Shown one piece after another: positions 13,746 through 26,784 of a stretch of 64,000 bases of DNA (position 1 is the first letter of the stretch; every line of letters begins with the position of its first letter). The notes beneath the pieces are model-generated. The model saw nothing but the letters and a program-made list of their open reading frames with translations, was not told the origin of the DNA and searched no databases. Source of the stretch: Ylistrum balloti. Taxonomy: Eukaryota. A program made the translations under genes and the position numbers. The DNA is taken from contig NW_026781981.1 in the NCBI RefSeq assembly GCF_031769215.1, positions 1,612,001 through 1,676,000 on the forward strand, in the 5' to 3' direction.

Positions 13746-15193
13746 ACATCCTAGTTAATTTTGTACACATACTTATTAACCTGAATTCATCCTATAATTA
13801 GCATTGGCACGCATTCTATAAATAACATAAAATAGCACAATACAAGTATCTATACTAAAAATTGCGTTGAGTAATATCACTTACCTATCTGGATAAATGG
13901 ATTAAGATCAAAGATTGTCAAACTTTTAATTAAATTTTAAGGAATTTATTTAAAAGTTGTTATATATGTATATTGTATTGTTATATATGTAGTAAGGCAA
14001 TATCCGATCACTGTAATGCTATAATGATAATTTTACTGGTAAATGTGCATTCACCAAGGATCAAGCACGTGCTCCTCAGCATTTTTAATCAACAAATGAC
14101 TAATTGCTATTAGATTGATGACAGAATGTGACCGTTTTCGTATTTGCGAGCTTCAACTGTCATATTTGAAAGTGACGATAGTTGTGTCACCCGGTAGCAG
14201 TTCAATGTTTATATTTACATTCAAATATGATCAGCGTGATCTGTAACAAAAGCGGCACTGAAATCCCCCGCTTAACCAAATGCTGATATAAATAAGCTCA
14301 ATTACAAAAACAGTCGAAATAACGAAGTACATCGTCTCCACACAAACAACAATCGTCTCAAATATTTACAGATTTAACTTTAATTATTATATATTAAACT
14401 TATCGCCAACTCCTAAAAATTAAGATAGTTGACTTTTTTTCAGTTTTGTTTACAATAAAAGCCGTTATTGGGTTTTAATATCTTATCCGATCGCACACGA
14501 GGCGACACAGAGTTTGCACGCCGACAATTGCTTTACAATGCGTGGATTTATGTGATTTTCATAACATAATAACTATAGAAAATCTAAATAGAAGCTGTTC
14601 CTTTCAATAAGTGGAACGACCAATCCCGTGGATATATTTTTGTCAGAAGGATATATTGCTTTGGCTGTCAAACGTCTAGCAGACGACGCTGAAAAAACAT
14701 TTTGGCCTCATTTCGTATTTTATAGTGCTTATAAAGAATCTGTGGCAAATAACATGTTTGGCAATAAATTTATTCTCATAAATTTTCATACCACCGTAAA
14801 ATTACCTTCATCGTTTGTGAAGGGCTTTAGAAAAAAAAGTCAGGTATGTCAATATACCAATACCAAAAGTGACAGGCGGCCATGTTTGTTTACCCGACAT
14901 CTGAACGCATTCCTGCACTTACCGAATCAACGAAAATTGTACAGTCGTATACTAATAACATATAGGCAGATGCAATACAGAAGGTAAATATATTGTTAAA
15001 ATATTAGTTTGTCATGTATAAGATGATACCAAAGTGAATAATTAGTGGTGGATATTTGAATTATTTGAGGACTTGTATCACATTTACATGACATAACCTA
15101 TCATGCTTTAGTCAGTAGTTGGTGCTGTTTATCCATGTACAATTACCTTAAGGTCAGTATCTTTCCATATATTGTACCAAGGGTATGTATATA

Positions 15194-16757
15194 TACTGGA
15201 CAAAATAAGTTAAGGATCATAAATTGTGACCATAATATCTTCAAAAATTCAAATCATGTATTGCCGGTAATTGCACTCGTAGTTTCTCCAATATGTACCT
15301 AAAGTCATGTCAAAGGTGAAAGCACGTGCATCTGAAGGTCTTGCCGTTCCGCTCTAGTTAACTATGGTGGTGTGAAAAACTGACTGGTCTATTACTACAG
15401 AGGAATCTTGCAGGTTTTGATTCTGTTACTTCTAAGCTAAAAAAAGTTGAATTTGGAAACATTTAATCAATTTGTAACGAAAACTTGAAAAACTAATCAT
15501 GCGAAGACATTTAAATGATATGGAAGCCGCGCGAGCTATAGGGCTCCTTCAAGCTGGTCAAACTCAACGAAATGTAGCGGCACAGCTTCATGTTTCTCAG
15601 AGCGTGATTAGTAGGCTATGGAATCGCTATCAACAGACAAATAACGTCCGTCAACGCCCCAGATCTGGACGACCACGCTGTACGACAGCCCGACAGGACA
15701 GATTCATTTGCATCACGGCACGACGTCAGCGGTTTTTGAGTGCTCCTGTCTTGAATCTTCAGTTTCAGCGTGCTACAAATCTAAGGATTTCATCCCAGAC
15801 AATCAGAAACAGACTCCATGCCTCTAATTTACGAGCTAGAAGACCAGCAGTCCGACCATCCAGAGGTCATCGACAATCCAGACATCAATGGGCCACTCAT
15901 CATTTGAATTGGCAATTACGTCATTGGAGAAATGTTATGTTCACAGATAGTCTAGGTTTTGTGTTGACTTCCATGACGGTAGGAGGAGGGTATGGAGAAC
16001 CCAAGGAGAGCGCTATGCAGACTGCTGTGTTGTCCAGCATGATCGCTTTGGTGGTGGGTCAGTGATGGTTTGGGCAGGGATCAGTGTTGACTTCCATACA
16101 GACCTCTACATCATAGACAATGGATCTTTAACAGCTGTTCGATGAATACATTAGTAAGGCCCATTGCAGGAGTTGTTGGCCATGATTTTATTCTGATGGA
16201 TGATAATGCTCGTCCTCACCGTGCTCGTGTGGTCAACGACTATCTTCAACGTGAAGCAATCGTTCGCATGGACTGGCCAAGTCGTTCTCCTGATCTGAAC
16301 CCTATCGAGCATGCTTGGGACACCTTGCAACGCCGGGTTTCATCGACCTAATCCGCCACAGAACCGCCAACAGCTTATGATTGCTCTGCAAGAGGAATGG
16401 CAGCGCATCCCACAGATCAGCCACCGACGACTAATAAGGAGCATGTGCAGACGTTGCAGGGCAGTTATTGATGTCAACGGAGGTCATACTGCCTATTAAA
16501 CTGCCAATTGCAGTTTGATGAGTTTTCCTTGTCTACATGATTAACTTGCTCTACTTCCTCTTACACTTTGATTTCAAGGGTGCTGTTACTCAGGGTTATC
16601 TGCTCTTGGTAGCAATTACCACAAATGAATTTGTTTTGTGTAATTAAAGACTAAAATGAATGTTCTGTCATTAAAATTTAAAATATAATCATATTATTAT
16701 TTGTATGTAAAACTGCACTGTTTCAAGTTTATGATCCTTAACTTATTTTGTTCAGTA
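15194..16757 (+). mobile_element. Full-length but inactivated Tc1/mariner (DD34E) transposon
   Basis: 30-bp TIRs (15194-15223 and 16728-16757, 1 mismatch) are flanked by TA. The transposase at 15499-16499 has an HTH region, GRPR, MFTD, DDNARPH and SPDLNPIEH, with 34 residues between the second D and the E. Confidence 0.95.
15499..16499 (+). pseudogene. Tc1 transposase pseudogene with at least three frameshifts
   Basis: Frame changes are needed near 15950 (TD/ESRFC), 16140 (AVR/NTLVRP) and 16345 (RVS/RPNPPQ). The reading ends GGHTAY-stop. Confidence 0.9.
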
Positions 16758-16911
16758 TAGTAATAACCACACTACTTCGGCGTAGAAGTGATTTGTGTGT
16801 TCTAAGATTTCCATGCCAGGTGAATGATACTTTTATAACGAGATTATCACCAGGTATAGTGGGTATTAAATAGTATCAAAACAAGAACATTAACATCCAT
16901 TGACATCGCTG

Positions 16912-16917
16912 TTTATT
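16912..16917 (-). terminator. Candidate FMO polyadenylation signal (AATAAA on the minus strand)
   Basis: TTTATT on the plus strand, about 510 bp past the FMO stop. Confidence 0.35.
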
Positions 16918-17429
16918 GATTTGGTTTTTAGAATTGTATATATAGGTAACACAGTGTATGTAATATATACTTTACGTGTTTGATTTCAAGAGCGCAAATG
17001 ATATGTAAAACTGTTCCATAAAACCAACAGGGATCTATAAATCCTACACACATGCTTCTAAACAGTCGCATCGTTCTAGCTCCATCTGAAGAATTTGCAG
17101 GAAGATATGACAGCACGGTGGTATTCATATTGGTAACGGGAAATGAGACCATAAAATCGTATTGATTTTGATCTTAGAGTATATGAGTGAAAGCAATAAC
17201 AAAGTCCTGTGGAGTGAAGCAGTTTGATATACAGAGATAATACATTGATGAACTGTACATTGTACTATCAATCGTTCATGTTCCAAAATAATGATAATTT
17301 GATATGAATAATTAAGAAATGTTTATCAAAAGCATTAGGAAGCAAAATTTCTCTTGTTGATAGCACTCACTATAATAAAAACTACGCAGGTCTCGTATCC
17401 ATATCATAATGATACTGGACTGTTTGTCT

Positions 17430-20400
17430 TCACATCAGAAAAAAACGATACAGGTATGCTATTATCAACACTGCAATGAGAACAAGGTACATCATGACTC
17501 CGGTCTCGTTTTGCTTGCCCCCCATTGCCCGTGTGCGGAGAGCGGATACGGCGTTGTCCCATTGGGACAAGATGGCTTTGCGAGCTCCAGGCCAGGTTCT
17601 AGAACCCTGAAGACGGTACTGGTAGGGTGAGCATGGGCCAAAAAAACACTTGAACGCCAAAACGGGATCGGTCAACATCAATTTAACTGAAAGCACAATG
17701 TCTTGAATGTAGTGAATATATATGAAACATTTGTTGTTTACAGGACTTTGTTGCCGGTTGACACATAGAACATGTGTCACCGGCCAGATTGAGATTCTCT
17801 ACGTTTAGGAGGGGACAACGTTTGAAATGAATACAAATCGACCATGTGGTTTAATAATATCTCCTGCTGGAATGACTACACAAAGAATTCGATATTTGAA
17901 CAGTATTTCTAATTCCTGACTAGTAGGGTCAGGTGCACTTACGAAAGTTTGGTCGGTTGCCGTTGAGAGTGGCCAACTGATCCATGTAGTTGATGAAATC
18001 CACTTGTATTGTGTGGCGGGCTGACTTAACATAACGAGATGCCATCATGTCCCTCTTCATCTTGATTTCATCCCACATTTCTTCCTTAGGAGGCAACGTG
18101 ACATCGCCCTGTGGTGTATAATCAACCGTAAGTATGTTTAGATCTAATTTTATTACGTTACTGTATAATACATTTCTTAAGTGCTAACCAAATTTTGTAT
18201 CCTTCGTAACTGTTGTCAGGCAGAACGTCCGATAATACAGTAGCCATTGAAAACAGACCGTATGGATTCTTTTGGGCGTTTTATCACAAATAAAACAAAA
18301 CATCTTCTTTAATAATTCCTTGGCAGTTTGAAAAAGATTAGTAAATCATCCAGAACTTGGGAAATCATCTTGCACTAAACCTCAGTTATGGTTCCTCCAG
18401 CCAAATTTAATGAAAATGTTTACGTTAAGAGAGTTCACTCCTTCAATTGGCAGACAACATCACACAAGAACTTAAATGGTTTATTTTATTGCAGCGAACA
18501 GAACTAGAACGAGAAGCAATTCCAGTGGCAAACTTTATAAAGGGGAGTTGGAGGTATGAAATGGTCAATAAGACTTCAGGTGTCATAATTCCAAGCATAT
18601 TGCTATTTGGGTTTTTTTTTATTCCAATAAAATATCTTTAGGATCATGGCCTACCTTGAAAACACGTGTGGCTAGTCGACACTGCATTTCTGAGATTGGC
18701 ATGAGGGCTCCAATAGGTTGGAAGCAGCCTATCACAGCTAGCGTGTGTCTGACCTGATCGGGAGGAAACATGTATTTGTACATTTGGATCTGGTTATCCT
18801 TTACATCCAGTACGGATTTATGAATGAAAGGAAATCCAAACACATAGCCCGTGGCGAGTATGACGTGATCAAGGTTATCCACGTGACTGTCGTCTTCAAA
18901 TATAACGCCGGTGCGCGTAAAGCGTTTGATGTTAGGTTTAATGATGATTGACCCACACGATAGACGGTTTGGAAGTTCATCATTTGCCGTTGGATGTTGG
19001 GCCAAAGGGCTGTGATCAGGCTCAAGGCCGTAGGATTTGTGATCAATGCGTTTGTTTAGCCATGTTTTCATCATCCACGTGACAACACTGACGGGAAGCA
19101 GGTTAATGACAACATCCAACCATCTCTGTACGACTATCATGTCTACTGGCATGCCGGACCCGCCCATACGTGAAAACACCCAGCTTCCTCTTCTGGTAGA
19201 TAGGTACAACTGAGAATTGCAGTAAATAAACTGAACATGATTGTACAATATTACGATTTTTATCAATAAAACAAATTATGTAATTAGTCGTTTCTTGAAT
19301 CAGTCCTTATTGCTGATAAACGAATATTCCCATGTACACGTTACTAGTTTTAATTATGGATGGATGTGCAATTAAAAGTATCAAAGACGGTGAAAACATA
19401 AAAACAAAAACACCGGTCAAAATATCGACTGACACGATTTATCATTGGATGAAAAGAGAAGATTCCTATAAAGACAGAATTGTCTATGCAGCTGAAAACA
19501 TGACATGAGCAACGATTATAAAGTACCTGGGATGCTACACGACTGAGCTCCACAGCGGCGTCCCCACCAGAGTTGCCGATGCCTACCACCACGACGGACT
19601 TTCCCTCGTATCCCTGACTGCTCTTGTAAGTATGCGAGTGGATGGCAGTGCCCTGGAACTCCTTCAGACCAGGAAAATTAGGCATGTTCTCGTGGGCATG
19701 GTGACCTGTGCAAACAAGGACGGCGTCGAAGACTGTCTCTTCCTCTTTACCTGAAGCCATGTCCTTTACTTTTATAGACCACTGTCCGGTCTTATAAAAG
19801 TCGGACGTAGGTTTGACCATCAACACCTTTACAACAGTTAAACGATAATAGTAAGAGAGAATGGATAGTTAGACCATTTTAGACGCTATAATTAAAGAGC
19901 GAATTGGTAGAAGACGGGTTCGTAAATCCGAACAGTCTTATTGGGATTGTAAATGAAGTTTCCATCTTTTATATAAGACCGTCTTAATTCAAACAGACTT
20001 TGTCCAATAGGAAACGTATTTACGAAATCATTGATAACATGTATATTTTTGACCCCAATTTACAATTAAGCATACCTCTGTTTGGAACCTTATATATTTC
20101 TTTATATTAAAGTGTTCCACATATTCATCAAAGTAGCTTTTGACGTGAGTGTTATGGAGGAACATGGGGTATTCCTTTGGGATGGGGAAGTCGCTGTAAG
20201 ACATCATCTCTTTGCTAGTGTTGATAACCGTTGATTTCATCACGCATGCCTGACCTGACCTCACAGCCTCCGTGTAGTTCCATAATCCACCTTAAACCAC
20301 AAAACAACCTCAATGGCATATACATAGCAACAATACAAGTGAAGAGACAATATTGCGGGACTAAGAGAGGACAGTTGTCTATGCAGTGTCATAAACTTCT

Positions 20401-23400
20401 TTTTATCCTGCAATTGGCACCGCCGTTGGCGGAATACACCTGCCACATATATATTTTAGTGTATTCGGCAGTGACGGAAAACAGATGTATTTTAGCACGA
20501 CAGAATAACTCTCTGAATTTATTTAAATATTACGTTTAGAAATATAATTAGAATTGAATAAATTCCATTGACTAATTACAGAATGCAGAAAAGACAACGT
20601 TCAAAGGCAAGAAAGAGGACGAAAATTCCAAGCAACACTAGTGTTCCCTTTCTCGATTTTACCAATTCCGATTTTCCTGATTCGCCTCCTAAATTTCCCG
20701 ATATTGACATTTTTTGACATGTATTCTGGTACTATTTCTAAAGTATTGAAATATGTCACTCATATTATCACAACCGTTGTCAATCTAATAGCATCCATCA
20801 TGCCATTCTTGTGACACAAATGTACCTGATGGATCTGTGGTTAATTAAAGGCTCCCATTGTTGTCATTGTGACGCAACAGCCTCACGATAGTGAGAGTAT
20901 CACCTATTCAGCTATGATGCAGTCTTATAAAATTCCGTTTTTATTTATTTTTTTTTTCTATTCTTCATTCAAAAGAATCTGACTTGTGTGAAAAATAAAC
21001 AAAATTTGAAAATTTTATGTGAATTGATTTTTTAAATTTCTTCTAACCTCGCTAGATCCCAATGAAATGAAACTTCTAACACCGCTTTTAAAACTTTCAT
21101 ATTTTATGGTAACTCATACAATTGACTGTACAATCGATTGACAAAATATGTCGTGACCAAAATGTGACAATTGCGAGCCGCGTCATTTGTCTTAATACAG
21201 GTTGAATTGAAAACAAACATTTACGAAATGTCTACGCGTCTCCAATGTGAATAATCTCACTGGGAGATTTAAAAATGCGTTCATGTCCTTATATGTATGG
21301 TTCAAGGTCTGTATTGTCCTTGTTACGTCTAAGTATTACGTAACATATTTTTATTTTCTTTTTTTAATTTATGGTACTCTGTTGCGCAATAACACGGTTG
21401 GCGAGGGTGCAGATTTATGCATGTCATCCTTATTCTATTTCTAGTGTAAAGAGGGGAAACGATTATCAAGCAAAAATATAGAGGACAAGGGAGCCCATAA
21501 GAGCTACAGCTTGTCTTTTTTGGAAGATACTATTCGATATCGTGTGCACATTTGAATACATTCAGGCACGTTCACTCCATTATACCGTTGCGTCATGAAA
21601 ACAAAACAGCATGAGATGCAGTGTTGTTTCTATAACAACTGAGAAATTTTACATATATAAGCAAACATAGCATGCACGTTACAAAATGCTTGCTGTTGGA
21701 TACTCAAACATCTCCCAATGACAACTGTTACAATCTACATAGCTTAGAAAATTGCTCAATCATGTGATCGAAAGCCTTCTTGTGATCGAGGGTCTGGATG
21801 AGTGCAATCAATATGATTGACTAAAACAATTATTAAGTTTATTTCTCAGTTATTATCTAAAATACGCAGGCTATCAGTTCTGTGATATTTATTGTATGTG
21901 TTATGGGAGTCATAACAGGTTGCTATCGTCTTCAATCTTGGTGACCGAGATAGCCTTGTGACTTCTAAAAACAGCTGAACTTGAGATAATTCAGTCACCT
22001 GGGCAGTTCACCTTAGGTCCTTACTGTGATCGCCTGACCTTTAGTAATGATAAAAGTCCCTGTGTCGAAAAAGTATGTAACGTTACAAACCTGAAAGGAT
22101 TCTTCTATCCTATCTCCGAATAGTTATCAAACATTAAATGACATAGAACACGATTTTGAACTTTTCCTCAAACACAAATAAATCTTTAAACATAGTTGCA
22201 TATTTTCAGACATTCAAAGTAGATGTTGTCGCTATATCAAAACTGACCATTACAACACCGTTAAACGAATCAATATAATGATATGTATTAAAAAACAAAT
22301 AGATTGCCGCTTGCTCTCTATTCGGCCTTGGTACACAAACGATCACCCTGTGAATGATTTCAATTGAAAGCAAGTTTATTGAGAACCGATTTCAAATTTC
22401 ATTTTTGCATAGAAAAAAAATGTGCTCGAATTTACTTGTCTTCGTCAACATATTTTAAATGGCTCTAACATGTACCAAAAAAAAACTAAAATTCTAACTG
22501 ACGTATCCATACCTGTTTATCTTTTGAAGGTTAGAGACATTTAACGAGACGTTCCTGACACCTGTATTACGTGGAATTAAGCACATCAAAAACACCTAGA
22601 TATGATATCATTTGACGCTAATATATAAATATTCCGGTAACAGCTACTCGACAAACAAATGTAACGAAACAAGTCAACACATGTCTGTGGTACCTTGCTA
22701 TAAGAAATCATTTACAGATATAGTAACGCCGGCTATTAGATAATACCGCAGCGTGCCTTGCAATATGGAAAGCGACTTGGTTTTCATAGCTCCATTATTT
22801 GCAAAAGTTTTGCAGTGAAAATTGTTTGCTGATTAGGAACATTATCCAGTCTTCAAATTATCGGCGATGTCTGATTTGCCTTAATCTATACAAAGCTAAA
22901 ATATCAAAGTATTAAAACTCAGGAATCAAAGACCTCGACATGTATTTCTTTAAATGTCATCGCACTTACAAAATGAACTGCTTCAAGCATGTAAACTCGC
23001 ATTTTTGTGATGTGTTACCATTTAAAGTTACTGTACATAAACAGTGCTCAGTTTTCATTGGAATGAATGTGAAGAAAAGTCCGAAAATATATCAGAAGCT
23101 ATAGATAATTACTGATGGCTTTAAACATAAACAACCAAAATATATCTCAACGTTGCGAATAAAGCGGCTACATTTTGAGACACTGCAGATGCAAACCACT
23201 AAGTTCCAATCACATAAAATTTTATCTTCAAATGTTTCTAAATTTGGAGATTGTTTTGCATTAAACACAAGAGTGAAACAGACTGCCGTCTCGATTAGCA
23301 AAATGACATAATAGCATAAACGAACCTTACCAAATATACGAATATAACCACTATGATATTGGCGTAAATATCAAAAACTTTCCAACAAATAAATATAAAT

Positions 23401-24034
23401 GGTACTTTCGTATGTTTTAAGTGTTCTCAATACGTCTATATCGGTGAGTTTGCTATCGCAAATGGAGTTTTATTAACGTCATAGGGCAGACGTCAGAGAG
23501 AGAGAGAGTGGGAGAGAGACATCCTAAAGTCACTTTTGGTTAGCATTATCATCAGATTGTATATGACAGCAAGTCAAACTCGTTATTGATATTGTTAGTG
23601 TTAATTTATTTTTTTAGTGAAGTTGGTCGTGTTTAAACGAGATTTCAATCAAATTTTAGCATCATAACACGAATTATTGGTCCTTATTCGCTATTGCAAT
23701 GGTTATCAAATCTTCGCTTAATAATAAAGCTTCTTCTCTTTTGTTCCGTTTACTTGTTTTATATATGTCCTATGCTTTCGTATAATCGCAATTATTCTTA
23801 GTGTCACATAGAAATAATAGTATTTTGTGCAATTTGTGAAAAAATATATACAGTCATGCGCAAAACGAGCATGGCCCTTTATGTTCACATACGCTAAAAA
23901 TAGACATCCAGCTTTTCTGACTTACCAATGTCGTCCGTTCTTTCGAAGCATGTAGGTTCCAGTCCCTCATCTAGAGCGCATTTGATTGCCGTGATGCCGC
24001 TGGCCCCGGCCCCTATCACAGCAACAGTCCTCAT
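17430..24034 (-). CDS. FMO5: Flavin-containing monooxygenase (FMO5-like), 533 aa, 6 coding exons: 24034-23926, 20290-20076, 19826-19527, 19209-18655, 18108-17943, 17686-17430
   Basis: All introns are GT-AG with consistent phases (1,0,0,0,1); exons total 1602 nt. Motifs: [13 protein letters not shown] (FAD), [15 protein letters not shown] (FMO fingerprint FxGxxxHxxxY), GIGNSG (NADPH), [19 protein letters not shown] and a C-terminal hydrophobic anchor [17 protein letters not shown]. The symbol means FMO5-like; one-to-one orthology was not tested. Confidence 0.95.
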
Positions 24035-26657
24035 GACTGACGAGTTACGAACGTCGTTTTGTTTTGAACGAATTCGTACAGGTATCTTGAAGAAACTGCC
24101 GCGTGCACAGCCTTATCAGCAAGGAATCTTGGTTCATAGTGACCTTCACCTGTTGTCACACAGGGTCAGCCAAACGTTTACATAAATAGCACGACGGTCG
24201 GATATTTCTAGTATCTCGTCTCAGTTTTGTCCTGTCTCGATATTGAAGGATGTAAAATTATATCTTCTTTAAATCGAAGTTTCTTTCGAATATGTTGTAG
24301 TGTTACAAACGTTTAGTGTTTTATCATAAAATTAGCGTAAAAATACCTAATTATACGCATTTACCGCTAATTCCATAGTATAGGACTATACTTGTCCCTG
24401 TATTGAAACTGAAACTCTTTACATTGGAGTGACAACGGGCTAGTCACCCCTTACTATCAAACCATCTCCCTTTTAAATTTACGAAGTCGTTATGGCCACT
24501 TCATGTATATTCCCTTGAAATAGAGGCCAGAAAGGTTATATAGTTCTACAATAGCAGCTCCTACAATCATGTAACTATTATTACGTTACAAAATGTAACA
24601 GTCAAACCCAAACGATATTTTCTCATTTTGTGGAATGTCTTTTATTCGAAGTGATATCATGATTTTAAAGCATTGCATTGTAGACAAACATTAGAAATTA
24701 CTTGGTACAAGACTCGCTAAATGATGTGAAAAAATTGGAAATGAAACAATGCGACCTACCATGCTCTGAAATAAAACATGAAAATATCGAAATATCAACA
24801 ATTGTAAGGCAAAACTGTGAGTTAAGGAAAAGTGTGTATGGAGGTATAAGTATAAGTTTAGTATAGTTAAGTTTAGTTTGGTTTCCGATTCAGGATCTAT
24901 TTGCTTCTCCACAACGGACTGAAAAATATGGACAGCATACATGTAATACACGAAATGGAATTAATTACATTATTTATTTAACGTCACCGTTAGTTCTATA
25001 ATGATACAGAATATCTTGGTTGATCCAATACATATCCTTTTCCAGGCTGTTTTAAAGTAGTCAATGGTGGCGCCGGCACCAATTCTTCATAGTGCCTATT
25101 ATCGTGGAAAAAAGGCATATTTCCGTATGTTAATCTTTTATCGCTGTGAGAACAGTGATGTATGATTTAAGTTCCTTGCCCTTGAGATCTACACTGCCAC
25201 GTCTTTAGAATGCTAGATAACCACAAGGAGAATCAGACCTAGTGTTCTGTAGGTTTGTCATCATCTCATTCTAGGTAACTTCATATTTTTCTCTGAAATC
25301 ATGATGACGACTATATTTTTCTGTAGTTTTCTTCAGTCTGTATCTCTTTTAAATTACGTGTTGTAATTTCCCTTCCGCTGGTGACACCTATCACAGTAAC
25401 CGTGACATTTGGAACAAGCCCTAAACTATCAAATTAACTGCGACAAATAAGTTATCAAATCAGGCTGAGGTAATAAGAACATAACCGCCTAAAAATGGAA
25501 AATTCACGATATCAAAATTACAAACAAAACAAGGCGGCTAAGAGCGAAGCAGAGCAAGTCATTATTTAAATAGCCAGGGATTCCAACATGTTTGGTATGA
25601 TGAACATGTAATTTGGTATTATGAGCAACGATAGATGTCACATATAGACTTAAAAGCCGTTGAAAATGGACCCGGAGTCTATTTTTAACGTTGAAAACGG
25701 AACCGGCTAGCCGTGGAAAACTGACTCTGTTGTTGAAAACAGACCCTGGAAGAGGGTCCGTTTTCCATTGGTTGTCCGTTGAAAAGTGACCTTTGTAAAT
25801 GGACAACTTTCAGATACCTCTGTTGAGATCGACATACATTGGCAGCAAAACTGAAGCCTCAATATCTCTTGTAAGTAGAATGCAAAATGGAAAAGACGAA
25901 ACGACTAGTTTGATCCTTTGATGTACATCAAACGAACCTCGAGGTCGCATAACGCTATACTGTAATACCTTTGAAGTTGGATGTCGCTCTTTTGTAATCT
26001 TCAATGGGTGCGTACCAGCCTTTGATTAGTCTTTTTTCATGGAACCAATCAAATCACTTCGCTTGTGCCTTTAATTTTGCAATGACATGTTCCAGGGATG
26101 GGGTATCGAAGATGCACTTTATACGTTATACATATAATATACATCATCTACATCAGCCACTTATCTCGATCTTCCCCTACAATGGAACCTACATGGACAG
26201 CTTTCCACCAAGGTGTATGATAAACATGATGACATGATGACGAAGCAGATGACTCTTCCGGCACACCTGGTCTTATTCACCTTGTACTTTTTCAGGAGTT
26301 TCCGTGTAAATTTTTCTTTTGACGATATTTTGCCCTATTTTTATTAAATTTGAGTTTGGTTTATGATTATCTTGACATGTTGGTATTTTCTTGTTTTTAT
26401 ATACATATATCACAGATCGTGGGTTGGGGGAGACAAATGCATGCTTAAAGGGAAGTAACTGCTACAAAATTATGTGACCGTCACAGACAGATTGTTTTTC
26501 GTCGCATTGACTGCATTTGTTTATCATATCGGTATTCATTTATTATGTTTATTTAGCTATCTATAATTTATTTTATTTCTTTGATCGGTTGGTTTTCGTC
26601 CCATAATCATTGTTGGCGTTTGATCTTTTGACATCTTTTCATAAAACGAAAGTAACT

Positions 26658-26688
26658 CCGGAAGTAACACATAATTTGTGCGCATGTG
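26658..26688 (+). promoter_or_regulatory. ETS (CCGGAAGT) plus NRF1-like (TGCGCATGTG) motif pair, candidate CRAT/FMO promoter core
   Basis: The motifs lie at 26658-26665 and 26679-26688, about 100-130 bp upstream of the CRAT ATG. Confidence 0.5.
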
Positions 26689-26784
26689 TACAAGTTGTAA
26701 ACAGCTGAAGAAATTCGTCTTTATCACTACCTGTGAACTTTGTACCTGTCTCTGCATATACAAACGTCATACTTAAACGGTGTC

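Noticed and set aside
14628-14987. 119-aa ORF before the Tc1
   Set aside because: It has a GTG start, no recognisable motifs and non-globular composition; it is probably a repeat end.
21740-22070. [10 protein letters not shown] (NACHT Walker-B-like) in FMO intron 1
   Set aside because: It is a single short motif flanked by stops, with no Walker A found; chance cannot be excluded.
17409-24185. Plus-strand ORFs 17409, 18745, 20231, 23928 and alternative-frame ORFs 18801, 20261
   Set aside because: They are antisense or off-frame shadows of FMO exons.
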